NCBI GenBank assembly: GCA_927433595.1
Contig: CAKMJY010000001.1
Coordinates: forward strand, 1-62,579
Source: an uncultured Acholeplasmatales bacterium
Lineage (GTDB): Bacteria > Bacillota_I > Bacilli_A > Acholeplasmatales > UBA5453
Direction: 5' to 3'
DNA length: 62,579 bases
Numbering within the stretch: the first letter of the stretch is position 1; each line of letters starts with the position of its first letter. The notes beneath the pieces were generated by a model. The model was not told the origin of the DNA. It made no database searches and saw only the letters and a list, made by a program, of their open reading frames with translations. This document shows positions 27,582 through 38,828 of this stretch, piece after piece. The position numbers were made by a program, and so were the translations under genes.

Positions 27582-28556
27582 ATGAAACAATATATTATTC
27601 GAAGACTGTTAATTAGTGCAATTATTCTTGCTGGTGTTTCAGTCGCACTCTATGCTTTAATTCGTTTAATGCCTGCAAACTATATTGACTCGATCATGCG
27701 TGGTAATCCAATGATTACACCAGACAGAATTAACGACATGAAAGAACTTTATGGATTAAATGACGGTATTTTCGAAGGCTATTTCAAATGGGTAGCAAAA
27801 GCCATTACTGGTGATTTTGGTAATTCATTTATCTCAGGTAAGCCAGTCATTGATGATATCGCATCGAAGATGTGGATTTCATTCTGGATTGCTTTTATTG
27901 CCATGGTTTTACAAGTTTTAATCGCAGTGCCATTAGGTGTTATTGCGGCAACAAAACAATATTCCGCTACTGACTATTCTGTCACAGTTGTATCCTTAAT
28001 GGGTATCTCTTTACCAGGATTCTTTTTCGCGATTACGTTACAGTTGATTTTCGCGATTTATTTACAGTGGCTACCGCTTCAAGGTATGGTTACAGCTAGA
28101 AACCATCAATTTATGAACCAATTTCAACAAATGATGGATATCTTGCTACATATGATTTTACCAATGACCGTATTAGTTATGACCTCAATTGGGGGATTAA
28201 TGCGTTATAGTAGAACCAATATGCTTGAGGTATTAAATGCAGACTATATCCGTACGGCGAGAGCTAAAGGATTGAGTGAAAATACTGTTATTTATAAGCA
28301 TGCATTTAGAAATACAATGATTCCACTGGTAACAATTCTTGGTGGTTCATTACCTGGATTGTTTGCTGGCGCAATGATTACGGAAACCATTTTTGCGATT
28401 CCTGGCTTAGGACGTGCTGGTCTTAATGCAATTACATTAGGGGATATTCCTTATATAATGGCATACAATATGTTCCTAGCTGTGTTAACGCTACTTGGTA
28501 CCCTAATTGCTGACGTAACTTATGCGGTGGTTGACCCACGCGTAAGATTATCTTAA
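27582..28556 (+). CDS. oppB: Oligopeptide ABC permease
   Basis: DYIRTARAKGL, KHAFRN, DPRVR. Confidence 0.93.
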   Translation: MKQYIIRRLLISAIILAGVSVALYALIRLMPANYIDSIMRGNPMITPDRINDMKELYGLNDGIFEGYFKWVAKAITGDFGNSFISGKPVIDDIASKMWISFWIAFIAMVLQVLIAVPLGVIAATKQYSATDYSVTVVSLMGISLPGFFFAITLQLIFAIYLQWLPLQGMVTARNHQFMNQFQQMMDILLHMILPMTVLVMTSIGGLMRYSRTNMLEVLNADYIRTARAKGLSENTVIYKHAFRNTMIPLVTILGGSLPGLFAGAMITETIFAIPGLGRAGLNAITLGDIPYIMAYNMFLAVLTLLGTLIADVTYAVVDPRVRLS

Positions 28557-28570
28557 AGGAGGGTAACAAG

Positions 28571-29533
28571 ATGAACGAAAAAGAAAAAAAAGTTCAAGAA
28601 CAAGAAGATCTTGGTGCTCAAGCTTTAGAACTTAACTTAGAAAAAGTGATTACACCGGGACAACTTGTCTTAAAGAGATTTTTAAGAAATAGATTATCGA
28701 TTATTGGGATCGTTATTTTAGTATCCATGTTCTTATTCGCATTTATTGGACCATTCTTCACAGGTTATACACCAGAAGAAGTGTTCTATGATATTGCGGC
28801 AGATGAAATTGCTATGTATTTAAGACCAAGTGCTATTCACTGGATGGGTACAGACGGCAATGGTATGGATATCATGACACGCCTAATGCATGGTGGTAGA
28901 ATCTCACTAACCATTGGTTTTGTCGTTGTCACAGTTGAATTATTAATCGGTATCATTCTAGGTGGACTTGCAGGCTACTATGGTGGCTTTGTGGATGCAC
29001 TTATCATGCGTTTCGTTGATATCATCAACTCGATTCCATTCTTACCAGTTGTATTAATCATTGGTGCGATTGTCGATGAATTAAACATTGATAAAACAAA
29101 GAACATTTATATATTAATGCTTGTTCTGGGGTTACTCGGTTGGACAGGTATCGCACGTATGGTCAGAGGTCAAATTTTATCCTTACGTGAACAAGAATTT
29201 ATGGTTGCAACTGAAGCGACTGGTTTAAGTATCTCAAGACGTATTTTTAGACACTTAATTCCAAACGTTATTCCACAATTGATTGTTATTGCGACACTTG
29301 GTTTAGGTGGTATCATCTTAACTGAAGCAGCACTATCCTTCTTAGGGTTTGGTGTTAGATATCCAGTACCAAGCTGGGGTAATATGATCAATGCAGTTAA
29401 TGAACCATTTATCTTAAAAACATATCTATTTACATGGGTCCCAGCCGGTTTATTAATTTTTATTACCGTATTGGCGTTTAACTTTGTCGGCGACGGCTTA
29501 AGAGATGCGTTCGATCCGAAGATGAAGAGGTAG
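28571..29533 (+). CDS. oppC: Oligopeptide ABC permease
   Basis: HWMGTD, GDGLRDAFDP. Confidence 0.93.
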   Translation: MNEKEKKVQEQEDLGAQALELNLEKVITPGQLVLKRFLRNRLSIIGIVILVSMFLFAFIGPFFTGYTPEEVFYDIAADEIAMYLRPSAIHWMGTDGNGMDIMTRLMHGGRISLTIGFVVVTVELLIGIILGGLAGYYGGFVDALIMRFVDIINSIPFLPVVLIIGAIVDELNIDKTKNIYILMLVLGLLGWTGIARMVRGQILSLREQEFMVATEATGLSISRRIFRHLIPNVIPQLIVIATLGLGGIILTEAALSFLGFGVRYPVPSWGNMINAVNEPFILKTYLFTWVPAGLLIFITVLAFNFVGDGLRDAFDPKMKR

Positions 29534-29538
29534 TTAAT

Positions 29539-30684
29539 ATGGATAAAAAAGAAATTCGCCGTTTAGGCAATCAAAAATTAAAAGAAGCTGCACGTGAAAG
29601 TGCGCAACAAATCAGAAAATATGAAAATCTGAAGAATCGTAGAAATATACCTGAAGAAGAGTATATGACAACGATGAAAGATCCTAATAATATCTTAGAA
29701 GTAGAAGGCTTAAAAACACACTTCTTTACTGACATGGGCGCTGTTAAAGCCGTAGATGGTATTACCTTCTCAGTTGGTAAAGGCCAAACCATGGGTTTAG
29801 TTGGTGAATCTGGTTGTGGTAAATCCGTAACTTCTTTATCCATCATGCGCTTAGTTCAAGGACCAAGCGGACAAATCGTTGAAGGGTCAATCCGTTTCAA
29901 CATGGGTGATGGTAAAGCACTGGATATCGCTAAAGCACCAATCGAAGTGATGAGAAAAGTCCGCGGTAATGATATCGCAATGATTTTCCAAGAACCAATG
30001 ACATCGATGAATCCAGTATTTACAATTGGATTCCAAATTGATGAAGTTATTAAATTACATAACCCTGAATGGACAAAAGAACAAGTGAGAAATCGCTCAA
30101 TTGAAATGTTAACCATCGTTGGTATTTCACGTCCTGAAGGTATTTATCACGCTTATCCACATGAATTATCAGGTGGGATGAGACAACGTGCAATGATCGC
30201 TATGGCACTAGCATGTGATCCTAAATTAATCATCGCCGATGAACCAACTACTGCACTTGACGTGACCATTCAAGCCCAAATTTTAGACTTATTAAGAAAC
30301 TTAAAAGACAAAATTTCCGCATCCATCATCTTAATCACACATGATTTAGGTGTTATTGCAGAAATGGCTGAATTTGTGAACGTGATGTATGCAGGACGTA
30401 TCATCGAAAATGGTACAGTTCGTGATATCTTTAAGAATCCAAAACACCCTTATACAGTTGGTCTAATCAAATCTAGACCAAATGCACTAGTTGAAGGCGA
30501 AAAATTATATTCCATTCCTGGACAAGTACCAAACCCAATCAATATGCCAAGACATTGTTACTTCAAAGACAGATGTAACAAAGCAACCGCTGTTTGTGAA
30601 GGTGCGTACCCTGATTTCTACGAAGTGGATAAAGGACACATCACTGCCTGCTACAATCATAAGAATGTGGGGGTAGACAAATAA
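29539..30684 (+). CDS. oppD: Oligopeptide ABC ATPase
   Basis: GESGCGKS, LSGGMRQR, DEPTTALD. Confidence 0.93.
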   Translation: MDKKEIRRLGNQKLKEAARESAQQIRKYENLKNRRNIPEEEYMTTMKDPNNILEVEGLKTHFFTDMGAVKAVDGITFSVGKGQTMGLVGESGCGKSVTSLSIMRLVQGPSGQIVEGSIRFNMGDGKALDIAKAPIEVMRKVRGNDIAMIFQEPMTSMNPVFTIGFQIDEVIKLHNPEWTKEQVRNRSIEMLTIVGISRPEGIYHAYPHELSGGMRQRAMIAMALACDPKLIIADEPTTALDVTIQAQILDLLRNLKDKISASIILITHDLGVIAEMAEFVNVMYAGRIIENGTVRDIFKNPKHPYTVGLIKSRPNALVEGEKLYSIPGQVPNPINMPRHCYFKDRCNKATAVCEGAYPDFYEVDKGHITACYNHKNVGVDK

Positions 30685-31736
30685 TGGAAAATATTAAACC
30701 AATCTTAGTGGTCAAAGACCTTAAGAAGTACTTCCCAATCCGTTCTGGTGTATTCCAATCCGTTGTTGGGCATGTCAAAGCAGTAGATGGTATCTCATTT
30801 ACCATCAATGAAGGCGAAACCATGGGTCTAGTTGGTGAATCTGGTTGCGGTAAAACAACCGTAGGTAGAACCATACTAAGACTGAATGAAGCAACCGAAG
30901 GTAGTGTCGTATTTGACGGCATGGATATCTTGAAAATGAAGAAGAGAGACCTAAGAAAGATTAGACCTCAAATCCAATTAATTTTCCAAGATCCATATTC
31001 ATCATTGCCACCAAGACTACCAGTTGGTGAAATCATTGGTGAAGCAGTTAGACAACATAAAATTGTACCTCAAGAAGAATACAATGACTATATTGCAAAA
31101 ATCATGACAGACTGTGGCTTACAAGCCCATCACGTCAACCGTTACCCACATGAGTTCTCAGGTGGACAACGTCAAAGAATTTGTATTGCGAGAGCGTTAG
31201 CACTTAAACCTAGATTCATCGTTTGTGATGAACCAGTATCTGCGCTAGACGTTTCCATCCAAGCACAAATCATTAACTTATTAAAAGACTTACAATCTAA
31301 GTACAACTTTACATACCTATTCATTTCACATGACTTATCAGTTGTCGAATATATCTCTGATAAAGTCGGTGTCATGTATCTAGGTGATATGGTTGAAACT
31401 GGGTCTAAAGAAATTTTATTCAAAAACCCATTACATCCATATACTGAGGCATTATTCTCAGCGGTACCAGTACCGGATCCAGATAGAAAGATCAATAGAA
31501 TCATTCTAAAAGGGTCAATTCCTAGCCCAGCTAACCCACCTAAAGGCTGTAAATTCCATACACGCTGTCCTAAAGCTATGCCATCCTGTTCATTTATTGT
31601 GCCAGAAATGCTTGAAAAAGAAAAGAATCATTTCGTATCATGTCACTTGTATGATCCAAACATTGATGCAAAAGTGGCAGCATATGAAGCTGAACATGGC
31701 AAAGTAGAAGTTAAAGTAGAGGAACCAAAACAATAA
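30684..31736 (+). CDS. oppF: Oligopeptide ABC ATPase
   Basis: GESGCGKT, FSGGQRQR, C-terminal GCKFHTRC. Confidence 0.93.
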   Translation: MENIKPILVVKDLKKYFPIRSGVFQSVVGHVKAVDGISFTINEGETMGLVGESGCGKTTVGRTILRLNEATEGSVVFDGMDILKMKKRDLRKIRPQIQLIFQDPYSSLPPRLPVGEIIGEAVRQHKIVPQEEYNDYIAKIMTDCGLQAHHVNRYPHEFSGGQRQRICIARALALKPRFIVCDEPVSALDVSIQAQIINLLKDLQSKYNFTYLFISHDLSVVEYISDKVGVMYLGDMVETGSKEILFKNPLHPYTEALFSAVPVPDPDRKINRIILKGSIPSPANPPKGCKFHTRCPKAMPSCSFIVPEMLEKEKNHFVSCHLYDPNIDAKVAAYEAEHGKVEVKVEEPKQ

Positions 31737-31999
31737 TGCCTAAAAACCAATTCGAGGATGACGGCAGAACTGTAGCTAGTATGGACTTTGATGAAATTGG
31801 TAGTAGATATCGTGGTAGAGCAGTAAGACCGAAGATTGATTACAAAAAAAGGCATCAAGAGATTGCGGAATTAAAAATGACACCAAAAGAACGTCGCGCA
31901 TTGATCTTTGCTGTCTATTCGCAATTGATTCCCTTTGTATTAATCATGTTTGGTGCCATGGCTTTATTCATGTTACTATTGATGTTTCTTTGGCAATAA
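31736..31999 (+). CDS. Small membrane protein
   Basis: DDGRTVASM N-terminus and a C-terminal TM; coupled to oppF. Confidence 0.75.
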   Translation: MPKNQFEDDGRTVASMDFDEIGSRYRGRAVRPKIDYKKRHQEIAELKMTPKERRALIFAVYSQLIPFVLIMFGAMALFMLLLMFLWQ

Positions 32000-32005
32000 C
32001 AATTC

Positions 32006-32039
32006 AAAAAGAAGACTGAAAATTCAGCCTTCTTTTTTT
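32006..32039 (+). terminator. Intrinsic terminator of opp operon 1
   Basis: AAAAAGAAGACTGAA/TTCAGCCTTCTTTTT. Confidence 0.8.
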
Positions 32040-32179
32040 GTTTTTTTCAGTCTTTTTGCATTATTTTCACAACTTTGGGTTCAAATATAAAGGGCAAACG
32101 GTTATATAAACTTAAGTAATCTAGTCTATATTTATTATAAATTGGTACTAAAAATACTCAAAACTGCTTGATGTCGTAA

Positions 32180-32193
32180 TGAAAACGATTTCA
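32180..32193. promoter_or_regulatory. cre site upstream of oppA2
   Basis: TGAAAACGATTTCA fits the consensus fully. Confidence 0.65.
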
Positions 32194-32265
32194 ACATAAA
32201 TAATAGATATTTTATTAATTCATAGTGTGATATAATGTTAAAAAATGGAGAGAGAGGAACAAAAT

Positions 32266-35214
32266 ATGTTTAAAAAACTATTAGGTTTAGTTATTCTAGC
32301 CTCAGCTGTCGTGCTTTTAGCAGCATGTCAAAAGGCAAAAGTAACTGTAACATTTGATTCTCAAGGCGGAACAGCTGTCACGGCTGTCACTGTTGAAGAA
32401 GGTTCGTTAATTGAAGAACCGGACGATCCAAGTAAGCCATCAAGCGATGAAGAATCTGCTTGGAACTTTACTGGATGGTATACATCTGCAGCCGCAACTG
32501 AAGATACTAGATTTGAATTCTCAACCAAAATTACAGAGGATATTACTTTGTATGCAGGTTGGACTCAACAATTAGTCGTTAGATTTAACACTAAGACAAC
32601 ATCATCAGTTGAATCACAATACTTACCTGTTGCAGGTGGTAGTGTGTCTGCACCAACAGCACCAACTAGAGAAGGCTTTGTGTTTGGTGGTTGGTACTAC
32701 GGTAAACCAGGTCAAACATGGTTAGAACCACAAGCAGTACAATTCCCAGTCACAGTAACTGAGGCAACTCAATTCTATGCATTCTGGGTACCAGTTAGTT
32801 CGAAAGAAGTGACTTGGTCAGCAGGAGAGACTTACAAGAATTCATTCACTGAATTAGACAGTGATCCAATTCTAAACCCATTAACATACCACTGGAGCCA
32901 TGAAAGCAGTCTAATGACCTACTTATCAACACCTTTATTTGGTACTGACGTTAACTGGGATCAAGCAATTGAAGATGGACTTGCAGACTTTAAAGGCGAT
33001 TTCTCAAAGATTAGCGACCAAAATATTGGTGGTTTATTAAGAGAAAATGTTAAATATGGCGCAGCTGATTTCCCAATTGCAGTTGGTGGAGATTTTGATG
33101 GTGAAAATGGGGTTGACCAATATGGTAAATACTCAGAAGCTATCTCGAGAGAGATTTCTGCAACAACATATCGTTATACATTAAGACAAGACATTTATTG
33201 GGAAGATGGTACAAATGTAACCGCAGACGATTACTACTATACTTATTTCCAATACATTGATCCAGTTCAAAATAACTTTAGAGCATCATCTTACTATCCA
33301 AATGCATCAAGAAGCTCAGGCTTACGTGTTGTAGGCGCTAGAAACTACTTCCTACAAGGTTCTGAAATTGGCTTAGGTGAGTCATCATCTAACCCACTTG
33401 GCGGAGACTATTCTTATGCACAAATTTCAAGATCCATTGGACCAGATAATACATACTTTGGACCAGTTGGTGCGAATGCAGGATTATGGTTTGGTGCGTA
33501 TCCGAAGACAGTTTATCTAACTGAAGCACAAGTGACTCAATTTGGTTTCGCAGATGGACAATCATATGATTTCCCAACTGAACTAAATGATGACTTAAGA
33601 GCATTAGGTTGGACCGATGAAGAATTAGCAGAACTTGACATTCAAGGTGCATTCAAACTTAACCCATACTATGCTGGTGAAAAAGGCACAGATTGGCCTG
33701 CATTCACAGAAGAACAAGTCGGTTTCAAAGTCATCGATGACTATACATTTGAAATGACTTTTGAAGTACCAATTTCTCACGTATCCGCTATGTCAGCTGC
33801 AGACTTCACATTAGTACACCCTGCAACTTACGAAGCGTCACTTGATTCAAATGGTACCAACTCAACTTACGGTACAAGTGCTACTAAGCCATTAAGCTAT
33901 GGACCATTCGTACTTAAGAGCTGGGATACTGGCGCGAAGATGGTATTTAACAAGAATTATGGTACCTTCATGCACCAATACTTCAACTATAAAGCAATTT
34001 CATTTGAGTTCTATTCAAACGTCGCATTACGTATGGAAGCATTCGAACAAGGTTTCCTAAGTAATACTGGTTTGAACCAAACTTATTATAATGACTATGC
34101 AGAAAATCCAAATAAGAAGGATTACTATAATGGTTATCCACAATATTTAATGTTCAATACAGTTGCTTATGAAGGACAAAATACGGCTAATGTCAGTGCC
34201 TTACAAGACAAAGACTTTAGACAAGCATTCTTCTTCGGATTCAACAGAATTGAGTATGCAACAACAATTTATGCACCAAACGTACCATCACTATTGGTAT
34301 ATGGTAATAACTCAACACAATATGATAATGACCCATCATGGTACATTAATACACCTGAATATCTAGCAATGCTTGATGATTTAGGTATCGATAATGACAC
34401 ATACGGTTATGATCCAGTTAAGGCTAAAGCATTATTTGATGAAGCTTATGCAGCATGGATTGCACTTGGTAACACAGGTAAGATCACACTTAACTATCTA
34501 ACTTCAGATGGTGCAGAAACAGAAAGATTAGACAACTACATCATTAGCCACTTCACAGAATTATTTGGGTCAGATAAGATTGCGTTTGTTAAGAATTCTT
34601 ATACTTCAGAAGTATCAAGCGATAAGCAAGATGCACACGAATTTGATATTACATTAACAGGTGTTGGTACTGGTTCAGTTACTAACTTAAGCGTCATGTT
34701 ACCAATCATCGGATTATTCTTCCAAGAAACTTATGGTGATCAATTCGGGTTCAATACAATTGAAGATTTAGCAATTCCTGCTTCTGAATTTGATATCACT
34801 GAAGAAAACAAGATTGACTTAAGAGCAACATGGAACTACTTAAAGACAGTAACAGATCGTTTCGACGAAACAACTGATGCAGGTACTCTATGGGCACTAT
34901 GGTTAATCCTAGAAGCGAACGAAGGTTACTTTGTTGGTAACTTAAGCGTTCTATTCGACTTCGGTCTTGAATGTACATTCATTTGGGCTGGTCTAGCACC
35001 ACAATATGATGGTGACGTTGAAGATAGAAACACAGTAACACGTGCATTCGACAGAATCATTTTAGAATACGCACCACTAGTTCCAACTGCTGGTAGAGCA
35101 AGTGCAATCGTTTATGCAGACAATGTTGTAAACGTATGGCCAGCTTACCATAACATCATGGAATGGGGCGCATCAAGATACTGGTATTTAAACACTGATG
35201 CTGATTTTCAATAA
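32266..35214 (+). CDS. oppA: OppA-like lipoprotein with two N-terminal InlB B-type repeats
   Basis: Lipobox LLAAC; VTFDSQGG...F.GWY...LYAGW repeats; WEDG..VTADD and SYGPF SBP motifs. Confidence 0.88.
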   Translation: MFKKLLGLVILASAVVLLAACQKAKVTVTFDSQGGTAVTAVTVEEGSLIEEPDDPSKPSSDEESAWNFTGWYTSAAATEDTRFEFSTKITEDITLYAGWTQQLVVRFNTKTTSSVESQYLPVAGGSVSAPTAPTREGFVFGGWYYGKPGQTWLEPQAVQFPVTVTEATQFYAFWVPVSSKEVTWSAGETYKNSFTELDSDPILNPLTYHWSHESSLMTYLSTPLFGTDVNWDQAIEDGLADFKGDFSKISDQNIGGLLRENVKYGAADFPIAVGGDFDGENGVDQYGKYSEAISREISATTYRYTLRQDIYWEDGTNVTADDYYYTYFQYIDPVQNNFRASSYYPNASRSSGLRVVGARNYFLQGSEIGLGESSSNPLGGDYSYAQISRSIGPDNTYFGPVGANAGLWFGAYPKTVYLTEAQVTQFGFADGQSYDFPTELNDDLRALGWTDEELAELDIQGAFKLNPYYAGEKGTDWPAFTEEQVGFKVIDDYTFEMTFEVPISHVSAMSAADFTLVHPATYEASLDSNGTNSTYGTSATKPLSYGPFVLKSWDTGAKMVFNKNYGTFMHQYFNYKAISFEFYSNVALRMEAFEQGFLSNTGLNQTYYNDYAENPNKKDYYNGYPQYLMFNTVAYEGQNTANVSALQDKDFRQAFFFGFNRIEYATTIYAPNVPSLLVYGNNSTQYDNDPSWYINTPEYLAMLDDLGIDNDTYGYDPVKAKALFDEAYAAWIALGNTGKITLNYLTSDGAETERLDNYIISHFTELFGSDKIAFVKNSYTSEVSSDKQDAHEFDITLTGVGTGSVTNLSVMLPIIGLFFQETYGDQFGFNTIEDLAIPASEFDITEENKIDLRATWNYLKTVTDRFDETTDAGTLWALWLILEANEGYFVGNLSVLFDFGLECTFIWAGLAPQYDGDVEDRNTVTRAFDRIILEYAPLVPTAGRASAIVYADNVVNVWPAYHNIMEWGASRYWYLNTDADFQ

Positions 35215-35255
35215 TTAAACATCATTCATGCTTTAATACTAAATAGATTTATGTT

Positions 35256-35286
35256 AGAGGCAGCCAAACACTGCCTCTTCATTTTT
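35256..35286 (+). terminator. Hairpin/terminator after oppA2
   Basis: AGAGGCAG-ccaaaca-CTGCCTCT plus T-rich tail. Confidence 0.75.
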
Positions 35287-35482
35287 CTATCTATTCGTAT
35301 ATGCCTAAAGTTAATGAATGCTTTTACTACGTCAACTTAATCATAAATTACATAGTAAAAGCATCCAATATAATGAGGATATTATGAAATGTCGTGCTTT
35401 TTAAGATTTAAAAATAGTATGAAATATGGTATATTTTTTATATCTATATAAAAACGATTTATAATTGAAAGGAAACGAGTAT

Positions 35483-36448
35483 ATGCTAAGATACTTTTTA
35501 AAAAGATTAGGATTAATGCTGGTCACGTTCGTACTGGTTGTTTTTTTATTTTTCCTATTCGTTCACTTACTACCAGACTTTCATAAGCCACCAATTAATG
35601 GCGACGATGCAAACTACTGGATCCAATATTACAGAGAAGGTCGCGATAAACCAATTCCAATCCAATTTTTTATTTGGGTTAGAAACATCATTCAAACAGG
35701 TAGCTTTGGTTATTCACAAACACAACGCATGGACGTTAGCCACATCATGTTCAGCAAAATCCCAACCACCATCATGTTCCAATTGGTACCATATTTAATC
35801 ACTGTACCACTAGGTATCTTTTTAGGTGTAGTTGCCGCATTACACAAGAACAAACTTGCAGATAACGTGATCTCTATTGGCGTCATGGTATTGATTTCTG
35901 TGCCAACGTTTGTAGTTGCAGTACTTGCACAGCTTTATTTTGCATGGCGATTACATTGGGTGCCTACGCCCCCATTTGTTGCAACACCTAGTGAGTTTGC
36001 AAACGACTTTTGGGGTAGTTTAGCTACCTATATCCTACCAAGTATCGTTATGATTCTAGGCGGTATTGCAGGTTGGGCAAGAAGCATTAGAGCTGAGTTA
36101 ACCGAACAGTTAACACAAGATTATATGTTACTAGCGAGATCTAAAGGGTTAAGCCAAAGACAAGCGACCTTTAGACATGGCTTAAAGAATGCGCTTGTGC
36201 CATTCGCACCAGCCATTTTCCTTGGGTTCTTGAGCTTATTATCGGGTTCAATTATTCTGGAACGTATCTTTAGAGTCGACGGTGTCGGTAAGGTGTATCT
36301 TTATGCCTTTAACAACAAGGATTATCCATTGTTATTATTAAATATGATTTTCTATGAATTCATTGGCCTTCTAGCAAGCATCTTTGCAGACTTAAGTTAT
36401 ACGTTAATGGATCCTAGAATGAGAATAGGAAGCGGGAAGTCATCATGA
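35483..36448 (+). CDS. oppB: Oligopeptide ABC permease
   Basis: DYMLLARSKGL, RHGLKN, DPRMR. Confidence 0.92.
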   Translation: MLRYFLKRLGLMLVTFVLVVFLFFLFVHLLPDFHKPPINGDDANYWIQYYREGRDKPIPIQFFIWVRNIIQTGSFGYSQTQRMDVSHIMFSKIPTTIMFQLVPYLITVPLGIFLGVVAALHKNKLADNVISIGVMVLISVPTFVVAVLAQLYFAWRLHWVPTPPFVATPSEFANDFWGSLATYILPSIVMILGGIAGWARSIRAELTEQLTQDYMLLARSKGLSQRQATFRHGLKNALVPFAPAIFLGFLSLLSGSIILERIFRVDGVGKVYLYAFNNKDYPLLLLNMIFYEFIGLLASIFADLSYTLMDPRMRIGSGKSS

Positions 36449-37794
36449 GCCTAAACAACATAGACAAAAGTAAATTAGTTCTAGTTAACGAAGACGATGT
36501 TGTCATTAGTGATGTCGCCTTAGAGACGAAAGAAATTGGATATTACCAAGATGCATGGAATCGCTTTAAAAAGAATCCAGTATCATTGGTCGCATTCGTG
36601 ATTATATGTATTCTGTTTTTCTTTGTATTAGTTGGACCACATATGAAGATATATACGAAGCCAGCTAATCCTGCAGATAGTTCAAAAATTGGTTATTTGC
36701 CACCAAAAGTACCTTTCCTAGAAAAGTTAGGTTTTATGGATGGATCAAAGACCATTAAAAAGGGTAAGAACTTCTTATTAACGTTATATAATTCACCATT
36801 TGGTGAAGGCATCATCCTGAGCGGTATGCCAGAAGAATTGATTGATAATGATCCTTCAAATGACTATCTTTATGATGAAGTTTACGAACTTGAAGTTAAA
36901 GTAGACATGTATAAGTATGTTAACTACATCACCAGCTATCTGGACGAAAGTAATACAGATACAAGTGTTAAGAAAATTTTTTCTAAAGAACAATTTGAAG
37001 CTGCTTTGGCAGATAACTTAATCATCGATATCATTAGTGTGTCTCCGGATGGAAATACATACACAGTCCGTGTAGACTTCTTTAAATATGCTTTAAATCA
37101 AACACCAGAAGATACTTATTTTTGGTTTGGTACAGATAGAGACGGCAGAGACCTATTTACATTGTTATGGGACGGCGCAAGAATCTCTTTAATCATGGCG
37201 ATTAGCGTTGTCATCATTAATGCGATTGTTGGTTTAACCATTGGTGCGATTGCCGGGTATTATGGTGGGACATTTGACTTATTGTTTGACCGGTTCGTCG
37301 AAATACTAGGTGGGATTCCATTTATGGCTGTATTAACGCTATTAATCATTCGTTTTGGTTCTGCCATGGGTGTCATCATCTTTGCATTTACGATTACCGG
37401 TTGGATGGGTTCCTATAGTATGGCCAGAATGCAATTTTATCGTTTTAAGAATAGAGAATACATTCTTGCAGCAAGAACCCTTGCAGCATCGGACTCTAGA
37501 ATCATGTTTAAACATATCTTCCCAAATGCACTTGGGTATATGGTAACCAGTTTTGCCCTTGCGATTCCTAGCTTTGTATTTACAGAGGCAAGTTATGCTT
37601 ATTTAGGTATCATTAACTACTCAAATGCAATTAGCGTGGGTATGTTATTGGAACAAGGACAACAAGTCATGGGCACAGACCCACACATGTTAATTTTCCC
37701 ATCGTTTTATATTGCAATCTTAATGATTACATTTAACTTATTTGGTAACGGTTTACGCGATGCCTTTAACCCAAGTTTGAGAGGTACTGAATAA
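36445..37794 (+). CDS. oppC: Oligopeptide ABC permease with large extracellular insert
   Basis: FWFGTD..GRD, GNGLRDAFNP. Confidence 0.92.
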   Translation: MSLNNIDKSKLVLVNEDDVVISDVALETKEIGYYQDAWNRFKKNPVSLVAFVIICILFFFVLVGPHMKIYTKPANPADSSKIGYLPPKVPFLEKLGFMDGSKTIKKGKNFLLTLYNSPFGEGIILSGMPEELIDNDPSNDYLYDEVYELEVKVDMYKYVNYITSYLDESNTDTSVKKIFSKEQFEAALADNLIIDIISVSPDGNTYTVRVDFFKYALNQTPEDTYFWFGTDRDGRDLFTLLWDGARISLIMAISVVIINAIVGLTIGAIAGYYGGTFDLLFDRFVEILGGIPFMAVLTLLIIRFGSAMGVIIFAFTITGWMGSYSMARMQFYRFKNREYILAARTLAASDSRIMFKHIFPNALGYMVTSFALAIPSFVFTEASYAYLGIINYSNAISVGMLLEQGQQVMGTDPHMLIFPSFYIAILMITFNLFGNGLRDAFNPSLRGTE

Positions 37795-38828
37795 TGGACA
37801 AACAAACATTATTATCCGTTAGTGATTTAAAAATTTCATTTAAAACACAGTATGGTATCTTACAAGCAATTAGAGGCGTATCATTCGAACTCAAAAAGGG
37901 TGAAACGTTAGCAATCGTTGGTGAATCAGGTAGTGGTAAGAGCGTCACATCAAAAGCAATTATGGGCTTATTAGCAGGTAATTCAATTGTTGAAGATGGT
38001 CAAATCATGTATCAAAATAGAGACTTACTTCAAATTCCAGAAGAATTGTTCCATGAAATCAGAGGGTCCAAAATCTCTATGATTTTCCAAGATCCAATGA
38101 GCAGCTTAAACCCAATTGTCAAAATTGGTAAGCAAATCACTGAAACACTTATCTTTAAAATGAATATGCCTAGAAAGATTGCACAAGAACGTGCAATTGA
38201 ACTCATGCGCGAAGTTGGTATTCCAGAACCTGAGAAAAGATATCACCAATATCCTTTCCAATTTTCAGGTGGGATGAGACAAAGAATCGTCATTGCGATT
38301 GCATTAGCGAACAATGCAGAAATCTTAATTTGTGATGAGCCAACGACTGCACTGGATGTGACCATTCAGGCACAAATTCTAGACTTAATCAATAAATTGA
38401 AAAAAGAAAAGAATCTATCGATTATTTTCATTACGCATGACTTAGGTGTTGTGGCAAATGTTGCCGATAGAATTGGTGTGATGTATGCAGGAAAGATTGT
38501 TGAAATCGGTACTGCAGACGATATTTTCTATGACCCAAGACATCCATATACATGGGCTTTATTATCTAGTATGCCTAGCTTAGCAACCAGTGAAAAACTA
38601 GATGCCATCGGTGGTACCCCACCTAATATGATTTATCCACCTAAAGGAGATGCGTTTGCACCTCGTAATAAATATGCGTTAAAACTCGATTTAGAACTTG
38701 AACCACCGATGTTTGAAGTATCAGAAACTCACTCTGCTGCCACCTGGTTATTACATCCAGATGCGCCGAAAGTGACACTGCCAGATGCTGTCCTTCAAGT
38801 GCAAAAGAACAGAGGTAAAAACAAATGA
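37794..38828 (+). CDS. oppD: Oligopeptide ABC ATPase
   Basis: GESGSGKS, FSGGMRQR. Confidence 0.93.
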   Translation: MDKQTLLSVSDLKISFKTQYGILQAIRGVSFELKKGETLAIVGESGSGKSVTSKAIMGLLAGNSIVEDGQIMYQNRDLLQIPEELFHEIRGSKISMIFQDPMSSLNPIVKIGKQITETLIFKMNMPRKIAQERAIELMREVGIPEPEKRYHQYPFQFSGGMRQRIVIAIALANNAEILICDEPTTALDVTIQAQILDLINKLKKEKNLSIIFITHDLGVVANVADRIGVMYAGKIVEIGTADDIFYDPRHPYTWALLSSMPSLATSEKLDAIGGTPPNMIYPPKGDAFAPRNKYALKLDLELEPPMFEVSETHSAATWLLHPDAPKVTLPDAVLQVQKNRGKNK